A stretch of 64,000 bases of DNA from assembly GCA_964409385.1 (NCBI GenBank), contig CAYPCY010000002.1, positions 79,941-143,940 on the forward strand, read 5' to 3'. This stretch comes from an uncultured Methanosarcinales archaeon (GTDB taxonomy: Archaea > Nanobdellota > Nanobdellia > Woesearchaeales > CAYPCY01). The position numbers and the translations under genes are program-made. The notes beneath the pieces were generated by a model. That model worked only from the letters and a program-made list of their open reading frames with translations, had not been told where the DNA came from and made no database searches. Shown piece by piece: positions 10,117 to 19,074 of the stretch. Position 1 is the first letter of the stretch; every line of letters starts with the position of its first letter.

Positions 10117-11019
10117 ATGAAATTTTTTATTATATTGTTAATATTATTGTTGGTTCCTTTTAGTTTTGCACATGTTGATTATTTTGAATCAACAAATCCT
10201 GGTTTAACAATTGATAATCCTGTATATTTTATTGATACTATTTCTGAAAAATTAATAATTTACTCAACATTTAGTAATTCTAGGAAGGCAATTCAAGAAT
10301 TAAAGTTTGCTTCTGAAAAATTGAGCGAAGCAAAAAAAGTTTCTAATATTGAAAATTTTGAAAAAACAATTAATTTATACACTAAATATATTGAAAGTTC
10401 AAGATCAAGACTTGAAAAGTCTGAAATTAAAACTTTAGATTTTGCTGATTTATTATATGAGTTAACAAATTATGAGTATGAACTTCTCACTTTAAGAGAA
10501 TCCTTAATTTTAGAAAGTAAAATTCCTGCAACAAAAAGGGATGAATACAGAAAAGAATTAGGAAATTCATTCTCTGATTTCACTATCATTTTAGTATCTA
10601 AAACACCTACCATAATTATGATTAATGGTTTAAGTCCTGAAGATACAATAGAATTTAGTCATAGAATGGAAAGTATTCAGGATCGGGAAAAAGCAAGAGC
10701 AGAAATGAAAATTACTAAAACTAAAATGACTATTGATTTAATAAAAGAAAAATTAACTTCTAAAAATTTTTCAGATTTAGAAGCTGATGTAATTGTTGAT
10801 ATTTCTGACAATATTGACTCAGTAAATTTAAATCCTATTCCAGAATTGCCAGTTAGTGCAACAACTTTCGATTTTAACAGTTTTGAAGATTATTTTAAAA
10901 AGGCAGTTTTGGAATTAAGATCTTCTGAAGATTATTTTAATAAGAAAGACTACAAAAGATCTTATTATTCGTCTAGTTTCGCATCAGAACTAATTAATTC
11001 CATAGTAACTTTTATATAG
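10117..11019 (+). CDS. Secreted hypothetical protein
   Basis: N-terminal signal peptide MKFFIILLILLLVPFSFA; no catalytic motifs. Confidence 0.5.
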   Translation: MKFFIILLILLLVPFSFAHVDYFESTNPGLTIDNPVYFIDTISEKLIIYSTFSNSRKAIQELKFASEKLSEAKKVSNIENFEKTINLYTKYIESSRSRLEKSEIKTLDFADLLYELTNYEYELLTLRESLILESKIPATKRDEYRKELGNSFSDFTIILVSKTPTIIMINGLSPEDTIEFSHRMESIQDREKARAEMKITKTKMTIDLIKEKLTSKNFSDLEADVIVDISDNIDSVNLNPIPELPVSATTFDFNSFEDYFKKAVLELRSSEDYFNKKDYKRSYYSSSFASELINSIVTFI

Positions 11020-11064
11020 TATCTATTGATAATTTATATTAAAAAATCAAGAGGTGTTTTTACA

Positions 11065-11367
11065 ATGGGTAAAAAAAGTTTTATAACAAAAATAATTATT
11101 GGGTTAATAACAGGAGTTTTAGCTTACTTCGGACTTATAGAAGCTAAGAGAAGAGGATATGGTAGAACTGCAAAAAAATCTGTTAAAACAGCTCAAAAAA
11201 GAGCTTGTGTTTTAGAAAGAAAGGCCCAAAGAAAAATGAAAAAAGTTGCAAGAAAAGCAACTAAAAAAGCAGGAAAGGCAGTAAAAAAAGCAGAAAAAAA
11301 ATTAGCTCCTAAAAAAGCCAGGAGAAAACCTGCAAAGAAAAAAACTATTAGAAAAAAGAAGAAATAA
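11065..11367 (+). CDS. Membrane-anchored lysine/alanine-rich basic protein (histone H1-like tail)
   Basis: GAGGTG ribosome-binding site 8 nt upstream of ATG 11065. One TM helix, then AKKA/KKAxK repeats (KKATKKAGKAVKKAEKKLAPKKARRKPAKKK). Confidence 0.5.
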   Translation: MGKKSFITKIIIGLITGVLAYFGLIEAKRRGYGRTAKKSVKTAQKRACVLERKAQRKMKKVARKATKKAGKAVKKAEKKLAPKKARRKPAKKKTIRKKKK

Positions 11368-12609
11368 ATGCCAAATGCAGGAGACTTTGTTAGAGTTGTA
11401 TTAAAAGATGAAACCTTGGACGGTATTGTAATGCCGTCTGAGGATAATTATTTAGTTCTTAAACTAGCTTCGGGTTATAACATTGGTTTAGAAAATAAAA
11501 AAGTAAAAAAAATAACTGTTTTAAAAAAATCTGTTTCTTCAAGAACAAAAAAAGAAAAACAACCTGTAAAGGCAGATATCACAATATTGCATACTGGTGG
11601 GACTATAGCTTCTAAAATTGATTATTCTACTGGTGCAGTTTCTGCAAAGTTCTCTCCTAGTGAACTTAAAACTTTATTTCCCGAATTAAAAAAGTTTGGA
11701 AAGATAAGGAGTATATTAATAGGTAATTTTCTTAGTGAGAATATTAGGTTTGAACATTATAATAAACTAGTAAAGACTATAAAAAAAGAAATTGATAATA
11801 CTCAAGGTATTATTATAACTCATGGTACTGACACTTTACATTATACTAGTGCCGCACTTAGTTTCATGCTACAAGGTCTTAATAAACCAGTTGTCTTGGT
11901 TGGTGCTCAAAGAAGTTCCGACAGGGGGAGTTCTGACGCTTCATTAAACCTTGTTTCAGCTGCTAAATTCATTAAAGAGAAAATTCCAGGTGTTTTTGTT
12001 TGCATGCACAATTCTGAAAATGATGATTCTGCAATTATTATGAATGGGGCAAATTGTAAAAAGTTACATTCTAGTAGGAGGGATGCTTTCAAACCAATTA
12101 ATATAGAACCGGTAGCTTTAATTTCTGAAAAAATAAAGTGGATTGAAAAGCCTAAAAAAACAGTTGAAAAATTAAAAGTTTATTATTTGAAAAATTTAAA
12201 AATTGGAATTTTAAAGGCACATCCTCAAATGTTTGTTGAGGAAATAAAGACTTTTGAAAACTTTGATGGTTTGATTATTGAAGGAACTGGCCTTGGTCAC
12301 TTACCCGTTGAAAAATTCGATTCTTCAACTTTAGAGAATGAAAGAATATTCAAGGAACTTTCAAGACTAACAAAGAAAATACCTGTATTTATGACTTCCC
12401 AAACTATTAGTGGAAGGGTTAATATGGAAGTTTATTCTCCAGGAAGAAAATTGAAAAAACTTGGAGTTTTAGGAAATTATAGTACTATGACTTCAGAAAC
12501 TGCTTTTGTAAAACTTGCGTGGGCATTAAGTAATTTTAAGAATGTTGAAGAAGTTATGATGACTAATTTTTTCGGAGAGAATTCTGACAGGTTGAAAGAT
12601 GGATTTTAA
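11368..12609 (+). CDS. gatD: Glu-tRNA(Gln) amidotransferase subunit D
   Basis: Asparaginase-like TILHTGGTIAS...HGTDT motifs. Followed directly by gatE with an 11-bp overlap. Confidence 0.85.
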   Translation: MPNAGDFVRVVLKDETLDGIVMPSEDNYLVLKLASGYNIGLENKKVKKITVLKKSVSSRTKKEKQPVKADITILHTGGTIASKIDYSTGAVSAKFSPSELKTLFPELKKFGKIRSILIGNFLSENIRFEHYNKLVKTIKKEIDNTQGIIITHGTDTLHYTSAALSFMLQGLNKPVVLVGAQRSSDRGSSDASLNLVSAAKFIKEKIPGVFVCMHNSENDDSAIIMNGANCKKLHSSRRDAFKPINIEPVALISEKIKWIEKPKKTVEKLKVYYLKNLKIGILKAHPQMFVEEIKTFENFDGLIIEGTGLGHLPVEKFDSSTLENERIFKELSRLTKKIPVFMTSQTISGRVNMEVYSPGRKLKKLGVLGNYSTMTSETAFVKLAWALSNFKNVEEVMMTNFFGENSDRLKDGF

Positions 12610-13996
12610 GAAGATTGGTTTTAAGTCAGGTTTGGAAATTCATCAACAATTGGATAGTTCTAAACTTTTTTGTTCTTGTCCTAGTTTGTTAAGGTATGAT
12701 AAGCCTGATTTTGTCATTAAAAGAAATTTAAGAGCGGTTGCTGGAGAGAAGGGCGAGATTGATGTTGCTGCTTTTTATGAACAATTGAAAGGGAAGTATT
12801 TTTTTTATGAGGGTTATGATGATACTACTTGCTTGGTTGAATTGGATGAGGAACCACCTCATAAAATAAATAAGGATGCTTTGAAGATTGCATTTTTAGT
12901 GTCTAAAATGATGCATTGTGATATTCCTAAACAAGTTCAGGTTATGAGAAAGACTGTTGTTGACGGGAGTAATACTTCTGCATTTCAAAGGACTGTATTG
13001 ATTGGTAGGAATGGTTGGATTAAAGTTGGTAGTAAGAAGGTTGGTATTAATTATTTAATTCTTGAAGAGGATGCTGCTAGAAGAGTTGCTGAAACTAAAA
13101 ATTCAGTAACTTATCGATTGGATAGGTTGGGGATTCCATTATTAGAAATTGTTACCGCTCCAGATTTAAAAACGCCTGAAGAAGTTAAAAAAGCAGCAGA
13201 GACTATTGGAATGATATTAAGATCCACAGGAAAGGTTAGGAGGGGTATTGGAACTGTCAGACAAGATATTAACATTTCTATAAGGGGACATTCAAGGGTT
13301 GAAATGAAAGGTGTTCAGGATTTAAAATTCATGATTAAGTATATTGAGGAGGAAGTTAAAAGACAGAAGAAAACAAAGGGAAAAGAAAAAGCTCATGTTA
13401 GGAATGTAAAATCAGATTTCACTTCCAAATTTTTAAGGCCTCTTCCAGGTGCTGCTAGGATGTATCCTGAAACTGATATTCCTTTGGTAAATCCTCAGCT
13501 TAAGAAGATTAAACTTCCTGAATTAATTAATGATAGAAAAAAAAGATTTGAAAAACTTGGTTTGTCTTCACAACTTGCAGAGCAGCTTTCTAAGTCTAAT
13601 AGAAGTTCTTTATTTGAAAAATTAGTAAAATTCGCTCCGGCAAGATTTGTTGCTGACTTGCTCATTAATGGTTTGAAGGATATGAAAACAAGACTTAATG
13701 CAAATACTTCTAAACTTTCAGATTCTGATTTTGTTAAGGTTTTTGAAGAATTTTCTAAAAAGAAAATTCCTAAAGATGCTGTTTATGAGATTCTTTCAAA
13801 AAAGGCACTTGGTAAAAAATTAGTGATTAAAAGTTTTAAGACTGATTCTTCTAAAGTGGAAAAAGATATTAAAACAATTGTTAAGAAATTTCCTGGTCTT
13901 TCTGAAAAGGCTTTAATGGGAGAAGTAATGAAGAAGTTCCGTGGTAAGATTGATGGAAAACTAGCTATGCAATTAATTCTTAAGTTTAAGAAGTGA
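12599..13996 (+). CDS. gatE: Glu-tRNA(Gln) amidotransferase subunit E
   Basis: N-terminal GLEIHQQL and CSCP GatB/E family motif. At 465 aa it is shorter than typical GatE (~620 aa). Confidence 0.8.
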   Translation: MDFKKIGFKSGLEIHQQLDSSKLFCSCPSLLRYDKPDFVIKRNLRAVAGEKGEIDVAAFYEQLKGKYFFYEGYDDTTCLVELDEEPPHKINKDALKIAFLVSKMMHCDIPKQVQVMRKTVVDGSNTSAFQRTVLIGRNGWIKVGSKKVGINYLILEEDAARRVAETKNSVTYRLDRLGIPLLEIVTAPDLKTPEEVKKAAETIGMILRSTGKVRRGIGTVRQDINISIRGHSRVEMKGVQDLKFMIKYIEEEVKRQKKTKGKEKAHVRNVKSDFTSKFLRPLPGAARMYPETDIPLVNPQLKKIKLPELINDRKKRFEKLGLSSQLAEQLSKSNRSSLFEKLVKFAPARFVADLLINGLKDMKTRLNANTSKLSDSDFVKVFEEFSKKKIPKDAVYEILSKKALGKKLVIKSFKTDSSKVEKDIKTIVKKFPGLSEKALMGEVMKKFRGKIDGKLAMQLILKFKK

Positions 13997-14959
13997 TTTT
14001 TTATTAATATGGAATGTTCCGAAGTATGCTGTTATTATTATTCCTATTATTACCCATAGTAAATCTTTAGCTCTTACTACTAGACTAACTGCAAGTCCTA
14101 TTGCAGAGCTTAATCCTGTTATTGCTGCAGCACCTACTTGTCCTGCTTCTAATGTTCCTATTGCGAAGGGCATAGGTAGTGTGTAGGCTATTCCAATAAA
14201 TATTATGAACATGAATACTTGGGCTAAGTTAGCATTAGTTCCTAACATTAGCAATAATGACTTATATTCTATGAACATGATAATCCATGCTAGTAATGAA
14301 ATAAATATTGTTTTTACAAAGATTTTCTTGTTTTCCTTGTGAAATTTCACTAGTTCAAATTCAAATTCTTCAATTTTTTTATAGAATTTTTTATGTGATA
14401 ATTTTTTGAAGATTCGTTTCAGGACTCCTTTTTCATTAATTATTCCTTCATAAATCCAAATAATTAATGCAAAAAATAATAATGCTGAAGTTACTAGTGT
14501 ATAATTCCAGGTTGTTGATAATTCTTCAGAACTTACTAAGAAAAATACTCCTACTATGAAGAAGAATGCTGATGTTGTAAGGTCTAATATTGTATCTATC
14601 ATTACACTGGATGCTGCGTGTTTCATTGGAATCTTATCTTTTGTTAACATTACTACTCTTAATCCTTCACCTCCAACTCTTGGGATTGGTGTTACATAAC
14701 TTGCCATGAACCCTGCAATTCTGTAACTGAATAGTTTTAGAAAACCAATTTCTACTTTTTGACCTTTTAGTATGGTATGCCATCTCCATGTTAATACAAG
14801 CATTATTCCAATGATTGCTGCTAAATAAGTTAAGAATGTTGGAATTGTTATATTATTTAGTGTTTGGAATGCTTCTCTAATTCCGAACTTTTGAAAAATA
14901 TACTTTGCTGCTATTACTCCAATTATAAAAGATATTATTATTGAAAGTAGTTTCTTCAT
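13973..14959 (-). CDS. UPF0104/flippase-like (lysylphosphatidylglycerol synthase TM-region family) membrane protein
   Basis: Multi-TM protein whose N-terminal half resembles the UPF0104 TM region. True start is MKKLLS at 14959, because the track ORF extends over the tRNA locus. Confidence 0.6.
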   Translation of the reverse strand: MKKLLSIIISFIIGVIAAKYIFQKFGIREAFQTLNNITIPTFLTYLAAIIGIMLVLTWRWHTILKGQKVEIGFLKLFSYRIAGFMASYVTPIPRVGGEGLRVVMLTKDKIPMKHAASSVMIDTILDLTTSAFFFIVGVFFLVSSEELSTTWNYTLVTSALLFFALIIWIYEGIINEKGVLKRIFKKLSHKKFYKKIEEFEFELVKFHKENKKIFVKTIFISLLAWIIMFIEYKSLLLMLGTNANLAQVFMFIIFIGIAYTLPMPFAIGTLEAGQVGAAAITGLSSAIGLAVSLVVRAKDLLWVIIGIIITAYFGTFHINKKSLLKLKN

Positions 14960-15171
14960 TTCCTTCTTGAGATGGCTTGTTTGTTTTAAATATTTTTCTT
15001 TAGAAAGAAGGCGAGCACGGGAGGATTTATAACGCAACCTTATCAGGTTGCATCGGGATATGAGGGTATAAGCTCTGCTTAACCCAACTAGAAACAAAAT
15101 AGTATTCTTGAGCGTGAGCGAAAAATACTTCGGTAAAAGGTAGACGAAAATACCTTGCAGAAAATGTATAA

Positions 15172-15379
15172 CGAGCACGGGAGGATTTGAACCCCCGACC
15201 TACAGCTCACTCCAAACCTGATAAGTTACAGAACTAAGATTCTGAACTTCAAAATGGTCAAACATTTTGTAAGGCTTGTAGGAGGCTGTCGTTCTATTTA
15301 CCTAACCATTATGCAGCTTTATGTTGTATGCTTTTGATCAAGCTTTTCGCAAAAGGTTGCCAGGCTAAACTACGTGCTC
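15172..15379 (-). tRNA. tRNA-Arg(CCU) interrupted by two introns (about 63 nt in the D-loop at 20/21 and about 71 nt at 37/38); mature length 74 nt
   Basis: Hand-folded on the minus strand. Acceptor GAGCACG/CGTGCTC is a perfect 7 bp. D-stem GTTT (exon 1) pairs with GAAC (exon 2). D-loop AGCCTGG|TA. Anticodon stem ACAGC/GCTGT is a perfect 5 bp. Loop CTCCTAA has U33 and A37. Variable loop AGGTC. T-arm GGGGG-TTCAAAT-CCTCC. Discriminator G. Exons approximately 15379-15360, 15296-15279 and 15207-15172. Confidence 0.6.
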
Positions 15380-15436
15380 GTGGGATTGAGAAGTTTTAAA
15401 TGCTTTAAATTATTTACTTTTAGTGGTTTAATTAAG

Positions 15437-16333
15437 ATGATTAAGGAAAAACCTGAGGATTTTGTTGTTGAGGAGGTTCCTTTAGAGTTTTCAAAGGAGG
15501 GAAATTATTTAATTTACAAACTTGTTAAGAATAATTTGTCTTTGCATAATTGTTTGGATATTATTACTAAACTAACTAGGATTTCTTCGAAGAATATCGG
15601 TTATGCGGGTATTAAGGATAAGAAGGCAGTCACTACTCAATACTTGAGTTTTCCTAAGAAAATAAGAGATTTAAAAGAAAGAAATTTCTCTTTAACTTTC
15701 ACAACTAGAAATGAGGATAGGCTTAATCTTGGTTGTTTGAAAGGTAATAAATTTAAAATTTTATTAAGAAATTATTTCGGTAAAATTAACAAGCAATCTT
15801 TAATTCCTAATTATTTTGATGAGCAGAGGTTTTCAGAACATAATTATGAGGTGGGTTTGGCAATATTAAGGAGGGATTTCAAAAAAGCATGTTCTTTAAT
15901 TGGTTTAAAACCTGAAAATAATAATTTTATTGGAGAGTTAAGAACCTTGCCTGATAGGATTTTAAGATTGTATATTCATTCTGTTCAATCTAAGATTTTT
16001 AATGATTTGTTGGCTGATAGTTTAAAATCTTCAAAGCATAAGCTTGTTAAGTATTCTCTTGGAGAGTTTGTATTTCCATATAATTTAAAGATGGAGAATT
16101 TTCAGATTCCTCTTCCTGGTTTTGATTATGATGGAGAACTACCTGAAAAACTTAAACCTAGAGATTTTATTATTAGGGAGATTCCTAGACTTTCTAGTGA
16201 GGGTGCTTCAAGAAATGCATTTTTACAAATTAAGAATTTCAAAACTTCTAAAAGAAAGGAGGGAACTTTGGTTTCTTTTGAATTGGGGAAGGGTAGTTAT
16301 GCTACTATTGTGTTAAAATCTTGTATAGAGTAA
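15437..16333 (+). CDS. truD: tRNA pseudouridine(13) synthase TruD
   Basis: KPEDFVVEEV and GYAGIKDKKAVTTQ TruD signatures. ATG at 15437 lies inside the longer GTG-started track ORF. Confidence 0.8.
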   Translation: MIKEKPEDFVVEEVPLEFSKEGNYLIYKLVKNNLSLHNCLDIITKLTRISSKNIGYAGIKDKKAVTTQYLSFPKKIRDLKERNFSLTFTTRNEDRLNLGCLKGNKFKILLRNYFGKINKQSLIPNYFDEQRFSEHNYEVGLAILRRDFKKACSLIGLKPENNNFIGELRTLPDRILRLYIHSVQSKIFNDLLADSLKSSKHKLVKYSLGEFVFPYNLKMENFQIPLPGFDYDGELPEKLKPRDFIIREIPRLSSEGASRNAFLQIKNFKTSKRKEGTLVSFELGKGSYATIVLKSCIE

Positions 16334-17248
16334 TACTAAAAATAATGTATATACTGCTAAGTACATGTATCCTTCATTTCTTGTCATTATTTTGTCTTTG
16401 AATGTTTGGTAAAATATTAATGTGGATATTATGAAGAATGGTATTCCTAAGAATATTATGTTGTCTGGTATTACTAACGTGGTTATTAGTGCGGGTAGAC
16501 TCATTATTAGTAATGAGTTAAAAATATTGCTTCCAACTACATTTCCTAGGGCTAGACTTAGTTTGTTTTTCTTTGCTGCTGCTACTGATACCATTACTTC
16601 TGGTAGGCTAGTGCCTAATGCTATTGCTGATGCGGCTAATACTTCTGTTCCTATGTTTAATAGTTTTGATAATTCTATTACTGAGGTTATTGTATATTCT
16701 GCTGAGAAGTATATTGCTATTATACTAGCAGTAAACATTGGAAGTGTTTTTTTCTCTAGTTTTTTATGGTGATTTGTTAAATCTACCGTTTCTAGATTTC
16801 TATCGTGACTTCTTTTTACTCTTATTACGTATATTATGAATAGGATAATTCCTGTAATTCCATCCGTTAGTGTGAATTGTCCGTCTATTGTGGTTATTAT
16901 TAGGAAGAGACTTGCTATTATTAGCATGGTAGTATCTCCTACTGATCCTTTTATTCTGAATCTTTTGGTTAGGAATACTGCGATGCCCATTACAAAGAGT
17001 ATGTTTGCTATATTGCTTCCTATTACGTTGCCGATTATTATTTCAGTGCTGTTTTTGAAGACTGCGAATAATGATGTTATTAGTTCGGGTAGGCTTGTTC
17101 CAAATGCTAGGATTGTTGTTCCTATTATTATTGGGCTTAGTCTAAAATAATATCCTATTTTTTCAGCGCTTATTACTAGATAGTCTGAACTTTTTACTAG
17201 GAAGTAGAGGCTTGTTATTAAGATTAAGAGCCAGAATAATAGTTCCAT
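16313..17248 (-). CDS. CaCA-family Na+/Ca2+ exchanger
   Basis: Two alpha-repeat motifs (GTSLPEL... and GNVIGSNI/GNVVGSNIFN) in a roughly 10-TM protein. Confidence 0.8.
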   Translation of the reverse strand: MELLFWLLILITSLYFLVKSSDYLVISAEKIGYYFRLSPIIIGTTILAFGTSLPELITSLFAVFKNSTEIIIGNVIGSNIANILFVMGIAVFLTKRFRIKGSVGDTTMLIIASLFLIITTIDGQFTLTDGITGIILFIIYVIRVKRSHDRNLETVDLTNHHKKLEKKTLPMFTASIIAIYFSAEYTITSVIELSKLLNIGTEVLAASAIALGTSLPEVMVSVAAAKKNKLSLALGNVVGSNIFNSLLIMSLPALITTLVIPDNIIFLGIPFFIISTLIFYQTFKDKIMTRNEGYMYLAVYTLFLVLLYTRF

Positions 17249-17271
17249 GCACTAGTTTTATTAGAATTTGT

Positions 17272-17862
17272 TTAAATATTTTCTTTTTTCTTGCTCATAT
17301 GTATTACTAGTCCGTTATTTTTTGATTTGAAGTATTTTACTTTGTCGAAGTATGTGTGGATCATGAAGGTTCCTGCTCCTAGGTTTGGTTCTTTTTTTTC
17401 TTTTCCTGACCAGTTGTAGTAGTTTATGAATCCGTTTTTTACATGGTCTCCTTGGTGGTGTCTCATTAGGAAGGTGTAGAATTCTGGTTCTAGTATTCCT
17501 CCTTCGTCGATTACTGCAAATCTTGCTTTTTCATCGTCTATTTTGTAGGATAGTTTTATTTTTTTTTCTAGGTTGAATTTGTTTCCGTGTTGGTGGGCAT
17601 TTAGTATTGCGTCTAATAATCCTGATTCTACTTTTCCGAATCCTTTTATTGCTGAGAGTCTATTGTATTGTTGTGATATTTCTACTGCTTTTTTTTGATA
17701 GTTTCCTGTTAGGTCTAGACTGTCTGTTTTGAATCCTTTTCTTGATTTGTATGTTTCTATGTTTAGGTCTTTTAGGTGTATTGGTCCTCCTTGTTCTATT
17801 CTTGTTCTAAGAAATGAATTTTTATCATCTTCTAGTTTTACTTTTAGAATGTTTCTTGCCAT
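17272..17862 (-). CDS. RsbW/SpoIIAB-like GHKL serine kinase / ATPase (orphan)
   Basis: N-box LLDAILNAHQHG, G1 box VIDEGGI and G2 box GAGTFMI match SpoIIAB (EAVTNAIIHG / IRDEGLGI / GMGFTIM). Confidence 0.55.
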   Translation of the reverse strand: MARNILKVKLEDDKNSFLRTRIEQGGPIHLKDLNIETYKSRKGFKTDSLDLTGNYQKKAVEISQQYNRLSAIKGFGKVESGLLDAILNAHQHGNKFNLEKKIKLSYKIDDEKARFAVIDEGGILEPEFYTFLMRHHQGDHVKNGFINYYNWSGKEKKEPNLGAGTFMIHTYFDKVKYFKSKNNGLVIHMSKKKENI

Positions 17863-17924
17863 TTTCTTTTTAATTCAATTTGAATTTATAAATCTTTCTA
17901 TTTTCACTACTTGTAAGTCATAAC

Positions 17925-18995
17925 TTATTTCATATGTAGTTCTAAAACATCCTCATCCTTCAAAATATGCATTAAACCAAGCTTTTGATTAGCAAATTTA
18001 GAACTAGGACCAGAAACCTTACAAAACTTAAAATTCTTAACAAAATCCTTATGTAACTTTTCACAAACACGCTTAACACTATCTCCTTCTATCATAATAA
18101 GAGGCTCTTCCAAATCAGCATCCTTACCAGGCTCTTTCATATAAACCCTAATAAAACTTAAAGATTTGAATATTAACTCTTTCAACTCTTCAATATTCTT
18201 CTTCTTTAACGCTGAAGTTTTAAGATCGGGTTTTATCTTATTAAGTTTCTCCAAGTTTTTACAAGTATCAATCTTATTAGCCACTATAATCCCAGGCAAA
18301 TACTTCTTATTAGCCTCAATACAATCAATAAACTGATCAATACCTATTTTACTCCTAATAAGAACATCACCATTATTAATTTTGAAAGTCTTCAAAACAT
18401 CCTTAACAGTCTCCTCAGTAAGTTCCAACTTTACAGTTGTAGAAATTCTAATACCATTCTTTGAAGTTTTTACAATCTTAACATCAGGCTTTTTCTCATT
18501 AGGCCTCAACCCCGCCTTCCTAACCTCACGAAGAATTAATTCATACTGTTCAGGCTTATTACAATCAATCAAAAACAATAACAAGTCAGCATTTCTCATA
18601 ACAGAAAGAATTTCCTTACCCTTACCCTTACCAGAAGCAGCCCCTTCAATAATTCCAGGAACATCCAAAACCTGAATTTTAGCATGCTTATAATTTAACA
18701 AGCCAGGAATAACAGTCAAAGTAGTAAATTCATACTGTCCAATTTCAGAATCAGCATTAGTTAACAAATTAAGCAAACTACTCTTACCAACAGAAGGAAA
18801 ACCGACCATAACAACAGTCGCATCACCAGTTCTCCTAACAGAATAACCCTCACCCTTACCACCAGAACTAGAACTTACTTTTTCATTAAGAACAGCAAGC
18901 TTAGCCTTTATTAATCCAATATGATGCTGAGTCTTCTTATTATACTTAGTTTTAGAAAGTTCCTTCTGTAATTCCTCAATCTTTTCCAAAGACAT
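17925..18995 (-). CDS. DRG/Obg-family GTPase with C-terminal TGS domain
   Basis: GFPSVGKSSLLN (G1), DVPG (G3), NKID (G4). Confidence 0.8.
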   Translation of the reverse strand: MSLEKIEELQKELSKTKYNKKTQHHIGLIKAKLAVLNEKVSSSSGGKGEGYSVRRTGDATVVMVGFPSVGKSSLLNLLTNADSEIGQYEFTTLTVIPGLLNYKHAKIQVLDVPGIIEGAASGKGKGKEILSVMRNADLLLFLIDCNKPEQYELILREVRKAGLRPNEKKPDVKIVKTSKNGIRISTTVKLELTEETVKDVLKTFKINNGDVLIRSKIGIDQFIDCIEANKKYLPGIIVANKIDTCKNLEKLNKIKPDLKTSALKKKNIEELKELIFKSLSFIRVYMKEPGKDADLEEPLIMIEGDSVKRVCEKLHKDFVKNFKFCKVSGPSSKFANQKLGLMHILKDEDVLELHMK

Positions 18996-19074
18996 ACCTA
19001 AGAATTAAACTAAATTGTTTAAATAATTATCTCAAAACAAAACATATTTAACAAAAGAAAATTTAATATAAAAT

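Noticed and set aside
12599-13996. gatE as a truncated pseudogene (465 aa vs about 620 aa typical)
   Set aside because: The reading frame is intact with proper start and stop, and the N-terminal catalytic motifs are present. A shortened GatE is plausible in a reduced genome, so it is kept as a CDS and flagged.
15010-15090. A second tRNA gene at the downstream repeat
   Set aside because: It has a good 6-bp stem-loop and an acceptor-like 3' end, but the T-loop is degenerate (TTATAAAT) and no D-arm or acceptor 5' strand can be found. It is treated as a decayed partial duplicate.
15000-15400. RNase P RNA or SRP RNA in the 480-bp intergenic region
   Set aside because: No CR-I/CR-V (GGAAAGTCC / ACAGAANCCGGCTTA) motifs or SRP helix-8 motifs were found. 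The region is fully explained by a two-intron tRNA plus a partial 3'-end repeat.
16422-17150. Plus-strand ORFs 16422-16772 and 16836-17150
   Set aside because: Antisense shadow ORFs inside the CaCA exchanger gene. They are kept open by the biased codon composition.
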